Shown here one piece after another: positions 15,546 to 30,589 of a stretch of 64,000 nt of DNA (position 1 is its first letter; each line of letters starts with the position of its first letter). Source of the DNA: the human T2T-CHM13v2.0 reference genome, Homo sapiens. A program made the position numbers and the translations under genes. The stretch lies in the NCBI RefSeq assembly GCF_009914755.1, contig NC_060936.1, one strand, 5' to 3'. Under the pieces are notes generated by a model. That model was not told the origin of the DNA and searched no databases. It saw only the letters and a list, made by a program, of their open reading frames with translations.

Positions 15546-16581
15546 TTATAAAATAACTATATACACATATACAAGCTGAATTTAAAAAATTGGGATTTTT
15601 GTAGTCTTCAGGAAACAATGAATGGGAATGAGATTGGCAAATCAGTAACAATTTTTTTTCCAATGTACTGCAAGGCAATAAAACTAATATTTTAAGTTTT
15701 ATTTTTTCCACTAGAGAGGAAAGAAATCATCACAACTATCATGTTTCTGTACATTAAATTCTAAGATGACAACGTTGTAAAATATAGTAAGCAGCAAATA
15801 ATAAGCCTACCAATGTTGTATTCCTCTCAGTTTGTCACATAATGTTCTACATTACTGTGAATGTCACATAATCATCTTTTGTTTTGTTCCCATGTCTTAG
15901 AAATTTTGCTTAACAAAGGTTTTTCATAAGCATACCACAATGAATTTGAAGCTCAGTGTAAGCAGAAAATGACAGGGTATTCCCTCTGAGTTAAACACAC
16001 AGAAATAGATAATGTAAACGAGTGAATCTCACAAGTCAAGTCCTTTGAAACAAAGAAGGCTTGACCAAGCTCCTCTTAAAAGTTATTAGGATTTTTAAAA
16101 ATTACATGTAATTAATAACCATAACAGCTACTAAATGGGGAAAAAAAAGCTAAACTGAAAACTCTCACCCGATAATAACTTATTATACCTACTTTAAAAT
16201 AAGAAACAATACTTGCAAGACAGTAGCAAAAATGCAACTGAAAGATGCGCAAAGTTCCTAAATTCAGTAAAAGAGAAGAAGCATCAAGGAGCCAGACGGC
16301 CATAACCACCTGGCAAGCCCCTGGTTACTCACAACAGACTGCAGAGCCAGCCAAGTCGCAGCTAAACTGCACAGCTGCTAAGAAGGAAAGAAAAGCCAAC
16401 AGAACTAGGAAACAGACCAAGACAGTCCACTTTAAGAATCACCAGCCTACGACAGGACAAAGAAATATGCAAACTGAGTAGGAACTTTACTCGGGAAAGG
16501 AATTAGAGACCATTTTCTAGGTGCTCAAAAGAGTCAATTCTAATGTGGCCACCTCAGAGGAATGAGAAAAGCTATTCATAA

Positions 16582-16965
<384 letters not shown>

Positions 16966-18111
16966 TGAACTGCCTGAGTTACAGTCGCTTGGATGGACTG
17001 ATTCACAGACAGAAAGTCCTGGACAAAATATTTAGCAGATCCCTTTGAAAAGTATATATATATGCCTTGGAAGTGAAAGGCAGAATCTAGCAAATGGTTG
17101 GCTCAAGGTACTAATTTTGCCACAGGTTCCACCAAAGAAGTTTTTTTTCCTACCAGCAGGGATAAGAAAACCCTACCACTTAATGCCCTTGGCCCCTAAG
17201 ATGTTACAGCTAGGACAGCTGTGAGTCAGATATCAGCGACACCTTTTCCTAACACCAAGGACCTTGGGACAAGCACTTGTTTACTTATGACATGAGATAG
17301 GAATAAAATAATTGGTTGGTGAGTTGACAGCAGTATGTTCTTGTTCTCCCCCATCTGTCCTTTTTAACCGTACATCTTAGTGTTTGGAGACTGGTAAGCT
17401 CAGGGAACATGCTATGTCTAACTACAAAGATAAGAATGAACGCTCAAATTCAGGAGACAAGAAGTCTTGGAATGAAATCAACCCAAAGCTAAAGGAAATG
17501 GAGCCATTATCCAAGAATATATGGCAAAGTTGGTTTTTCTCTTAAAGACAAAGGTAGTTATTTAAGGAGCTACAGAACACAAGAAAATATATTAGTGAGC
17601 TGGCACAGCTAAAAATATCTGGATGAGCAGCCCTGGAGATTTTGAAGGCCAGGGAGAGATACCTAAAAATGGTGAGTAGATTGCAACATTAATACAAAGC
17701 TGGGTTAGAGAAGTCAAGCTTAATTAAAGGATATATGAAACAAGAATTTTTAAAACATAAGATATAAACAACAATTTATACAGGTTCTACACTGCTGAGA
17801 AGAAGTAAGCCAACACCAGAAGTTGGATATCACATTATTTCTGAGAGCATATTCAAGATTTGTTTGATACAAACACATGTTGGAAGTAATGAAGACAAAC
17901 ATGACATAGTTTTTATTATAAAAATGTGATAATCGAATTGGAATATATCCTTTTTAAATGGGAAATAAAGACAAAGAAAGAGAAGAAAATACTAGAAATA
18001 ACTTAAAAAGCATACAAGGCAAAGAAAGTAGTAGAAATTTATTAATTCCAACATAGAAGTTAATTAATGATATAAAGCAAAGATCACTGGCAGACATAAA
18101 AACAAAATCTA

Positions 18112-18436
<325 letters not shown>

Positions 18437-18609
18437 CTAAGAGATATGAATAAACTAAAATATAAATGCCCCATAGATCAAGATTTAAAATTTATCACGT
18501 CTCTGCAAATACAAAAAAAAAGTGAAGGTTGCTATCATTAAAATGATATTAGATAACATTAAAGGTATGTAAAACTATGAACATTTTAGAAGAGTGCATC
18601 TTAATTTTT

Positions 18610-19130
18610 TATATTTTTAATTTTTTACAGTCCACAGGTCTTTTATTTATTTTTTGACATCTATTATGACACAAATTCATAGGGGATAGGTTCCAGTAGG
18701 CCAGACTCCATTCCACTCGTTCACAGAGTGTGCTTCTCTGCCTTCCTTCTTCTCCTGATCATTTTCTTTCATGCATTTCAGGAAGCTATCTCCGCTCTTA
18801 GAGTGCTTAATACGCACATTAAATCGCTTAGCAAGAATCTTGCCCTGAACTTGTTTGTTTATAACAACACCAACAGCAGCTGGGTAACACTGTAGACTCC
18901 TCCAGTTTTGCCACGGAAACATTTGTGGGGCCTTCCTTTTCGAACAGGAACCATTCCCTTGATGTCAACAATATCACCTTTCTTATAGATCTGCATGTAT
19001 GTGGCCAAAGGAACAACTCCATGTTTTCTAAAAGTCTTAGAGAACATCTATGGGGTGCCTCTCCTCTTTTTCTTTGTGTTCCTCATCATAGCAAATTATT
19101 AGAAGATGGTGGTTCCAGCCAAAAGAAAGG
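18610..19130 (-). pseudogene. RPL21P: RPL21 (60S ribosomal protein eL21) processed pseudogene
   Basis: Intronless copy running from a 5' pyrimidine start (cctttc...ggaaccaccatcttc) through [27 protein letters not shown] and NKQVQGKILAKRFNVRIKHSKSGDSFLK to AATAAA and an A-rich tail. Early stop, frameshifts and an internal deletion. Degenerate TSD catcttaattttt / catcccaattctt. Possibly RPL21P99 (recalled, unverified). Confidence 0.96.
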
Positions 19131-19517
19131 CATCCCAATTCTTAAAACATTATAGCAACAACATATTCTGAAGGAAGGTATTAAAACTGTCAAATATAAT
19201 TACATCTGAAAGCCTCAGCTATACATCACAGCAAATAAAATAGTTAAGGACTTAAAATCCTATTCAGTGAATCAGATCCACTGATCAGCATTACTTCTTG
19301 ACCCAAATCCCTCAGAACTCTTAAGGACAAATGGCATAATTAACTGTATCTTAGCAAAAACTGTTGTTCATTTCTATTTGTCACTTCCAACCACCCCACT
19401 TATTTTATCTTACAAATGGTTATGATATCCAGTCAACCTCTGCACAATTCTCTGCACACTGTTCTGTAACATTCACCATATGTATCAATCAATAGATAGT
19501 TATTATTGACAAGTGCC

Positions 19518-19938
19518 TGCTATGGTTTGGATATGGTTTGTTTGTCCCCACAAAATCTCATATCGAAATGTAATCTCCAGTGTGGTAGTGTGGAGGCCTA
19601 GTGGGAGGTGTTTGGGTGAGGAGGGCAGAACCCTTATGAGTAGATTAATGCCCTTCCTTGGAGGTAAGTTCTTGCTCTATTGGTTCCCACAACAGCCATT
19701 TGCTAAAAAGGAACCTGGCACCTCCGCTCTCTCTCTTGCTTCCTCTCTCTCTATGTGATCACTGCACACAGTCAGCTCACCATCATCTTCGGCCATGAAT
19801 GGAAGCAGCCTGAGCCCTCACCAGATGTCTAATCTTAACTTTCCAGCCATCAGAATAGTAGGCCAAATAAACGCTTTTCTTTATAAATTACCTAGTCTCC
19901 AGTAGTTTTTTTATAGCAACAGAAAATGAACTAAGACA
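19518..19938 (+). mobile_element. MST-family (ERVL-MaLR) solo LTR
   Basis: tgctatggtttggatatgg...ttataaattacctagtctc...atagcaacagaaaatgaactaagaca, with TG...CA ends. Confidence 0.9.
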
Positions 19939-20167
19939 GTATCCAGTTAAATATTTGTTGAATAAACAAATATACACCAAATGAAACAATAGCAATAATA
20001 CTGCCAAAACAGCTTTATTTATTGGAAACAATTTCAAATGTATAGTTTCTTTTCTCCCCACATGGAGGATAGACCCCAATCCTCAATATGCAAAGTCAGC
20101 CTGTAATTTAAGATTACTCAAAATTATCTAATAAATACCAAGTTTTAAAAAAATTATTTATACTAAC

Positions 20168-20271
20168 CTCGTAAGAATGTAAGGCGAAAATGAAGCTGGA
20201 TTATCCTGCTCTGAAAAGAGGGGCATAGATCCTCCCATTATCCACAGACGGAAGTACAAAATGACAAGCAC
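20168..20271 (-). CDS. TMTC1: TMTC1 internal coding exon B, 104 nt, VLVILYFRLWIMGGSMPLFSEQDNPASFSPYILT(R)
   Basis: Minus strand reads tcttcttattttctgaag|GTGCTTGTC...CTTACGAG|gttagt. Open frame containing the TMTC-family F..DNPA motif at the start of the DUF1736 region. Confidence 0.95.
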
Positions 20272-20294
20272 CTTCAGAAAATAAGAAGATTCAG

Positions 20295-20788
20295 TGAGAT
20301 TGCCACCAATAATCTCCACCCTTTTTGCAGGTGCATTCTGTTCCTCTAACAGGGAATGAAGTCAGTCACCCCTTCCCTTAAATCTGAGTTAGTCTTGTGG
20401 CTGGCTTGTACTGACCAACAGAACATGCAGAAGGTACCTTACCTCTGTTCTGGACCTAATCTTTGGGAGGTGCAGCAACTTTTAGTTCATTCTTTTAGAA
20501 ACCAGCTGCCATGTGGCAAGGAAGTCTTGACTACCCCTCTGGAAAAAGAACTAACAGGGAGAGGCCCTCGGGGATGAGATATCACGTAGAGGAGAACTGA
20601 GATGAACTGGCTCAGACGATAGCTGAATAAACTTCATTGAGTAACCTCAGCCCCAAATCATGATGATCAGAAGAACCGAAAAGCTGAATGCTGCCCAAAC
20701 TAAAGCAGGTAGGGCAAATACAGGGTTGTTATATTTAAGCCACTAAAGCTGGGGGTGGTTTGTTATGCAGCAATAGACAACTGATACA
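20295..20788 (+). mobile_element. MLT1 (ERVL-MaLR) LTR in the intron between exons A and B
   Basis: cccttcccttaaatctgag...ttaagccactaaagctgggggtggtttgttatgcagcaatagacaactgataca. Confidence 0.8.
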
Positions 20789-21064
20789 GCCAGGATTGCA
20801 CTGCCTCCTCTTGAGACAACTCAGCCTCAGCATCTTGAAAGGGACTCATAGAATACTGCAGTTCACATTGTCCACATCATTAAATCCACATATCCCTGGA
20901 ATGCTTTCATATATACCTTTGGACGCTTTGTAACATTACGGCATGCCAACTGTTTGATCCCAATGTCATGATGTTAGAGTCTATTGCTGATTCTATTAAA
21001 TAATTTGAATTACATGTCTGAGCTGAGATAGAGTGGAAACATTCCTTATCAGATATTTCAAAAG

Positions 21065-21086
21065 TATATATATATATATATATATA
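21065..21086. repeat. (TA)11 microsatellite at the exon A donor
   Basis: Read directly; begins at intron position +6. Confidence 0.97.
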
Positions 21087-21091
21087 CTTAC

Positions 21092-21173
21092 ATAACTTAG
21101 GACCAAAATGGCCCTTTTTAAAAATGGTCTCATGGTAAGCAGGAAATTTCTATTGCTGCTTGCTCTCAGATAC
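21092..21173 (-). CDS. TMTC1: TMTC1 internal coding exon A, 82 nt, (R)YLRASSNRNFLLTMRPFLKRAILVLSY
   Basis: Minus strand reads ttttttctttcccgttttag|GTATCTGAGAGCA...CTAAGTTAT|gtaagt: canonical acceptor and donor, open frame, joins exon B in frame. Peptide recognised as TMTC1. Confidence 0.93.
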
Positions 21174-21279
21174 CTAAAACGGGAAAGAAAAAAAATCTTA
21201 GATAAGTGTGTCTACCAGACACAATGTTCTCCTTTCAAGGTGAAGACGCTGCAGCTCTGAAGAAGGCTGCAGAGAACAA

Positions 21280-21505
21280 TGCTGAGAGCAGGGCCTCTGG
21301 AGCCAGAACACCTGGGTTTCCGTTCCCAGTTCTGCTGCTGCTGAGAGCCCAGGAGACCTCGGGCAAGTTTCCGAACCTCTTTGCACATCTATTTTACTCA
21401 CTTATAAAAGGGAGACAATAATAGTATCTACCTCACAGGAAAGTTGGGAGGAACAAATGAGATAATATCTAGAACAGGACTCAGCTCTGTTAGCTATAAA
21501 TATTA
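21280..21505 (+). mobile_element. MIR
   Basis: ggctctggagccagaacacctgggtt-like start; gggcaagtttccgaacctct...ataatagtatctacctcacagg. Confidence 0.8.
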
Positions 21506-21707
21506 CTATCCCATCGAATCCCAAATAACCCAGTCATTTTGAAAACAATACAGTTACACTGGTCACAGGGATAATCTTAAACAAAATAAGAGTTTATTTA
21601 CCTACTTAATATAATTTGAAGGCTCCAATGTCTTCCATCCACAAAATACCTCACAGATCTCTTACCTCTAAAAATAGAAGATGCCAAGGTTGTAGGAGGT
21701 TAAGTAA

Positions 21708-22023
<316 letters not shown>

Positions 22024-22657
22024 AGTTAAATAATTTTTTTAAGGCAACAAAGTTATGAGTATCTGTGTTAGGATTAGAGCTCACTGGTATCCAGTGAATA
22101 ATTTTCTCACCTCCCTGTGGTTCTTGGAACCAAACTAGGTTACAAGAACGTCAGCTTCTAGAGGGGCAGGAACCTGTGTGGATCCTGCCCTGCTGTAGCT
22201 TACTCACTTATAGGAATTGGGAGTTCTGGATATCTACATATAAGACAAGTGGTTGGCTGGTTTTAGAAAAAGATGATGAAAGGGAATCAAGAGACGGTAT
22301 TAAGAAGCCCCAAATGAAAACATAAAATAAGTCATAAGTCATTTTCACCTACATGCAAAATTCTACACGGAAAATACAGAATGGAGGGGGAAAACAAAAG
22401 TCAAATCAAATAGCATAAACCGCAAGCACTTCCCACCTCATCCTTATTTCCTCTATCCCTTTTCATTGTTTTTTTCTCCTTTTTAAATCCAATTTTTCCT
22501 CAAAGGGGTTTTCCCCAACAAAATTTGCATTAAAATCTGCATGAGGTCTCTTTACACAAAGGTAATGTTCTATAAGGTAAGAAATCCTTTTGTAAAAACC
22601 AGAGTGGGTTAATATCTCACAAAGAAATGTCTATCCACCTTGAGGATTGCTTACAAT

Positions 22658-22984
<327 letters not shown>

Positions 22985-23808
22985 TTACAAAACACATGTG
23001 GCTCCTCTGCTTTGTAACAAATGGTACTGTGAGGAGGTGAGAGCCTCACGCTTCCTTCTCACCTCTCTTTTCCTCTGCCTGGTCCATAAAGAGCTGTGGA
23101 AGTGATACATGCTCAGATCTGGCCGTTCAAGTATTTAATGAGTGGAGAAAACGAGGAGTCCAAAAAACACAAAAGAGAGTTGGCTTTTAGCAAGCTCTGG
23201 ACTGGATCCATCCTCAAGCACTGCATTTAAATCCCTTTCATCTTCCTTAGCTGCCAACAGAGAGCTTGACAAGAAAGAACACCAGGGATACTGTCAGCTC
23301 TCACAACCCACGGGGATAGCTACTGTCCCAAAATGGGCTTTAGGGGGTCCGCTGCTTCCTGAAATTTACACAAGATTTTGTGTGTATTTTTCTGAGGCAA
23401 AGTCCTTGACTTCGATCTTTAGTGTCAACTGGGTTCTTCGTTGCCTAAAAGGTAAAGCCCTGCTCAGCGTCCTTCTCTCAGCTCTGCCTCTATTGTGACT
23501 ATTATTTTCAGGCCAACTCAACCACGACCACTCTGGTTATTTCTGCTGTTCCTTTTCAGGATGTATCAATGGCAGCAGAAAGGCAAAGAGAATGACACAG
23601 TGGAAATGGAAAAGGTGCTGGGGAGGGCTGGAGAAGTAATACATCTGAATAAAAAGGCACTTTCTGGGGTGATCTGCTTCTGGAAACGTCCTTCCTCAAG
23701 TTCCCTCTGTTGCCTGTTTATTTTAACATAGTGGAAAAATTAGCAGTGGTTTTCCTTTCTATAGAACAACAAACCACAAAGTTTAGGATATTTTTAGGTA
23801 AATTTTCC

Positions 23809-24104
<296 letters not shown>

Positions 24105-24247
24105 AATTCTCCATATTTTGTTTCTCTGAAAGCTTGCTATGATGGCTATTTCACTGAGTCATATTTGTAAAGTGTCCCCTGGTTTCCTGAGAAAGTCCAT
24201 TTCTCAAGAAGCTAAAGGCACCAAATAATTTATTGTTAAAATGTAGC

Positions 24248-24687
<440 letters not shown>

Positions 24688-25926
24688 CTAGGTCAGAGGC
24701 TGAGATCCCTAAGCTCAGACAGGAGCACTCTAAGGGCTAAATTCTCTGCATCTTTTCCTCTTCCCCCACCCACACCAAAAATAAACAAACTTTCCCCATC
24801 AGTCCAATACACACGATCTGTGAAGTAGAACCAAATAACAACACTCAATAACAATACTATTAACAGCAATAATAAAAATAGCAACAACTAATATGTCCCA
24901 GACACTAATCTAAGTGATTTGAGTGTAGTAACTTATTCACCACTTACAACAATTCCATGAGGAAGAACATTATAATTTCTTTCTTCTAAAGGAGGAGAAC
25001 ATAAAACTGGAAATAATACTTAACTATGACATCAGATTCTCTCAGCTATTCATTGCAACTATAAGATAAACTACCTAAAATTGTCTTCAAATACAATTTA
25101 CTATGTAAATGCTATTACTATTTTTTTCTAATTCCAGTCAAGTTCTCCATTCTTTTCCTTGCAAAGCCAGAGAACATGTCAACAACAAAACCAGACCACT
25201 GATGAAACCAACAGAATGAGAACTAAGGGTCCAGGGTTCTATTCCTCTGATCCCATCTAACTTGTCACATGATGTAAAATAAATCTACCTGAGCTTCACT
25301 TCCTTCCTTTATTAATGAATGTTAGACCAAATGGTCTCAGGGTCAGTTTTAGGTCTAAAATATTGTGATCCTTGGATGTTCTCACCAACTGATGACACCA
25401 AAACTGACAAAGGAAAAACGAAGAAACTACCCAATTTCAAAAAAAAAGAGAAAGGAATGTCAAGGGATTCGTGAAAAGTCAAATATTAGTTGACCCTTCA
25501 CCTGGAGGAGGTCCTTCAAAATTTGCAGTTGCATATGAAAAAACAGTTGAACATTAATTGAGGGTATTGGCATCAAGGTTATTGGCATTGTAAAACAGTA
25601 TTTGTAACAACTTCTGATTCTTGCCAAATAAAAGCAAAAGACTAAGGTTAGCCATAGTAAATTCCCTAATCTACGCTCCCACATACCCAAATTTTCTGAC
25701 TACTCACATCCACCATCCCAGTATATCATGTTCAAATAAAGGTCAAGTTTACCATCCATAGTTACTTGGTCCTCAAATCCTATTGAGAGATATTAGCAGA
25801 GATCAGAACAACCAGCCAACCATAATCATCTACCCACCCATAATCTTGAGAACTAAATAAATGCTTATTATAAATCAATGACCTTTGTTAACACAGAATT
25901 ATCACGTCAATAAATAATTGATCATA

Positions 25927-26426
25927 TGACAAAGTTTCTTTGTTTGACCAAAACCTAGTCAGGTTCCTGAACCTTCTCCTAGGCCCATCTGTGTACTTTC
26001 TTGTAAAATCCAGTCTTAGCGAGAATCCCGCTAAATCAGTTTAGCCAGAAACCCCCACCATCAGAGCTGATCACTGTCAATATCTAATCAAGTTTTTCAT
26101 CCTCCACCGTCTCCCAGGAGATGTCTCATCACCCTGGCCTATCTTTAGGAATAATCCTGTTAGGTCTATTTAGCCAGAATTCTCCCTTATTCATGATGTT
26201 TTCTCTTAGTAATTTTCCATCCACTGATGCCCCCCCAACCCACCACACCCTGCTCACTGGCTATAAATTCCCACTTGTCCATGCTATATTCAGAGTTAAG
26301 CCCCAACTCTCTCCACTACTGCAAAATTCCATCACAGTGGTCTCCGTATCAATTGCAACAGACCCATCCTCACCTTAAGGTTTTCCTTACAGTGCTTTAA
26401 CAAGTGTTATTTGAATATTTTTAACA
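25927..26426 (+). mobile_element. MER31 (ERV1) solo LTR
   Basis: tgacaaag...ttgaccaaaacctagtcagg...aaccttctcctaggcccatctgtg. TG...CA ends, 4-bp TSD cata. Confidence 0.85.
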
Positions 26427-26487
26427 CATATAGCAAGATGATCAATAAATGCTTACTGAGCCAAATCAAATTGTAAACATCTACCCC

Positions 26488-26821
26488 TTTTCTTTTCTTT
26501 CTTTTTTTCTTTTTTCTTTTTTTTTTTTTTTTTGGAGACGGAGTCTCGCTCTGTCACCCAGGCTGGAGTGCAGTGGCACAATCTCGGCTCACTGCAAGCT
26601 CCGCTTCCTGGGTTCATGCCATTTTCCTGCCTCAGCCTCCTGAGTAGCTGGGACTACCACCATGCCTGGCTAATTTTTTTTTTGTTGTTGTTGTTGTATT
26701 TTTAGTAGAGACGGGGTTTCACTGTGTTAGCCAGGATGGTCTCGATCTCCTGACCTCGTGATCCACCCGCCTCTGCCTCCCAAAGTGCTGGGATTACAGG
26801 TGTGAGCCACCACACCCGGCC
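26488..26821 (-). mobile_element. AluY
   Basis: ctgcaagctccg...gtgttagccaggatggtctcgatctcc; TSD tacccctttt; (GTT)n in the linker. Confidence 0.92.
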
Positions 26822-28412
26822 TACCCCTTTTCTTTTTCTGTGTTTTCCTTACCCTCTCGTGGTAGATCAGGGTACAAAATAAAAGTGCTCACAGTTTGGA
26901 ATGTGGCAGCAAGTTGGAAGAGAAAAACCACTTTCCACTGGAAATGGTAATAGTGCCATTTCCCTTACCCGGAATACTAATGATTTCAATGAAGATATGA
27001 AATTAGTCTTTCCAGCTGTTCTCAGAATCTATAAACACCTGATAATTTTTGCCTAAATGTCAGCTCCAGGTAGCAAACATCTCAGATACAATGAATTGTA
27101 ACTGTTTAACATTATAGCAACAAATCATAAACAGTGATATATGAAATTTCTTCTAGAACATCAATCTTAATTGACTTAACTTCCTTTGCTCTTTCAACGC
27201 AAAAAGGAAATTAGTAAAGAGTCACATATTCAGATCAAAAAAATGTTTTGGAATCAGAGCTTTTTCAACAGAAATGCAGATTTACTGCTTCTCTTTGAAA
27301 CTCAAGAAAAAAGATTTCTCAGTTGATCAGAATATAGCAAAGACACAGCTCACATCAGAAAAAAAGCAAAAGCTTAACAAAAACAACAAAAGAATTTTAA
27401 GTGTCTTTTGACACTTAACAATAAAGGAAACTTAAGTGTTTATGGGTTCTCTCTTTAATGTACTTTCCTTGAACCCATGAAGTGCCTCGTCTAAACCTTA
27501 ATAGGCAAAGGCATTCCATGGAGGAGTCGAACAACCTTTGATGTCTCCTTTGATATTCAAATAAAGATTCTGAAGGAAAGGAGCTCACTATTCTAAGAAA
27601 ACAATGATGCATATTTCAGTTCTATCTACTCAGAAACTCAGACTGACCTTCAATACCCCATTCTAAGGCTATGATAAATTTTCCTTCCAGAAATTTTAAA
27701 CTCTGAATTCAAGTTACTTCCAAGGAAACAGTTACTTCAATTATCATATATTAAACGGTGAAAATGACGACAAAGAAGCCATAGGAGAAAATAATTTCAG
27801 TTCTCTTAACCATTCTGCAAATTAAAGTTAGAGGTGAAAGGAATCAAAACAGCTCATGTAGTTTTATAATGAGGGAAAAAAATGATGCCCAGAAATGTTA
27901 CTTGGCCTGCAAAAAGGTCATGATGTTTCAGTGTCAAAGGTCAATGAGTTTAAGCTTCATCAATTTACTTAGAGGACCTTATTTTTATTCCCTCTATGAT
28001 TAATTTAGTTGGAGGCCCTAGTTTTTTATTCCTTCTACAACTAATAGCAAAAATTTCAGACATCACCCTTGTCTCTCATTAACAGTCCCAGGGAAGTTTC
28101 AATTCATTAGTGATGGCAGGTACTGAATCCATTTAATAGGCACTAATCACTGTGCTAAGCACCTTACCATTTTTATTTCATACTAGCCCTGTGAGTCCAT
28201 ACTTGTCCCTGTCTTGCAAATGAGGCGGAGGAGGTACTTACTCAGGGATCTCATGGCTGGCAAGAGGCAAAGGTGAGACCCAAATCTAAATCCAAATCAA
28301 GCATTCACTACTCTGTACAGCACAGAAGTAAAATAGAGCTGGTTTATTCAGCATGTTTCCAACACAGATCATTGTTAAACTGCATTTCTGCATGTTAACA
28401 ACACAATGACTT

Positions 28413-29065
<653 letters not shown>

Positions 29066-30589
29066 TAAAAGTGATAAAGATCATTTCAATATCTTCTTCA
29101 GTTCATACAGTTCTACAATGAAGGCTTTTCATACAAATGAATGAAGTTAACAGTGCACAATTTTTGAAAGTCCTTTTAATAAGCACGCTTTTAAAAGTTA
29201 ACGCATGTAGTGATTGCTGCAGGTTGAAACACAAGTGCCATCCATGTACCGTGGACTCAGAAATTCTAAGTGAGAAAAAATGGTAAGAAGGAGAATGAGC
29301 AGAGCTGGGAGGGCGTCACTGTGTGGTGAGATGGCCAACCAGCCTGTCCCACAGAGAGAAGCAACCAGCAGAAACAGGGAGTGGGACAGATGAGGATGCT
29401 CCAAGTGACAAATGTAGCTGACACCTGAGGAAGATGAGAAGTGAATTAGGTGCAAAGAGATAGAATATGATATATATACAGAGGCCTAAGATTGAGAGGG
29501 CAAGCTCAGAGGGAGAAAGTGAAAGAAGTCCATATGGCTGGAAGATCTAATACTGGTACAGTGGTGAACAGAGAGACTAAAGTGGTAGGCAGGGGCCCTT
29601 TCACTCCGGGACTTCATGGCCCATTGTGGAGTTTAGACTTTATTCTGATGGCAATGGACAGTCAGTGAAGGGCTTAACACAGAGAGATAACCCCATCTGA
29701 TTTCCAATAGTGCAGTGTTAGCATTGCATGACATTGGTAGAGTGCCCACTCTGAAGTCCATAACAAAGAACAAGAGGTCCAGCAGCCTCAAGGGGGACAT
29801 GGTGAACACCAGGAAGTAGACAGCTATTTTGGAAATTTCCGAGATACCAGATGTAGAGACAAATAAGAGGTTCTCGTTCAAGTAGATAGAGAGACCTTAT
29901 CATAAGAATAAGTGAGAAAAGCATGTGTTACGTTTACTTAGCAGTATGATTTAGGTGTTAAGTATGTTTCTACTATAATCTTTTGTTAGTTGGTCATCAA
30001 TTTGGTATATATAAAAACTTGCTACTAAGAAGAATATTTAATTTGCCAAATAAACTCCCTTTAGAAGAGGATACATAGTATGTATTTGTATGGCATTTAT
30101 GTGTCAAAGAGCTTTTCGATTCATTCTAACATTTAATCTTTGAGATATATTCATGAAGTGGGCAGAACAGAGAGAACTGGCCCCATTGTACAGATTTAGA
30201 CCTAGGGAGCAGTGGGTCTAGCACCAGGATTGAGTCTCCTGATGGCCAATTCAATGCCTTTTTGCTGCATCACTGGTCTCCTCTCTGACCACACATTTGC
30301 TGTGTTTTCCGTTATTTCCATCCATCCAAGTTTGTTGCAAACCAAAGACTAAATAATCCATGCAATAAAATCACTGCTACTTGCAATACACATTTGTGTA
30401 AGTGCACAAGTAGACGTTTGCACTAAGAAAAAGATTAAAACAGTCAATAGTACTATAATGATATTTTCTGATCCTTTTACTGGGATACATGGATGGATAA
30501 ATTCAAGTATAATTAAGCTAGTGAAAAAGAGTATTTGATACTGGGACTGTCTGGGTAAACTAGTGAAATACATTTCCTGTTAATGACAG

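Noticed and set aside
23142-23731. Adjacent 118-aa and 78-aa plus-strand ORFs in unique sequence
   Set aside because: They have non-ATG starts, no recognisable homology and no convincing splice architecture. Their lengths are compatible with chance.
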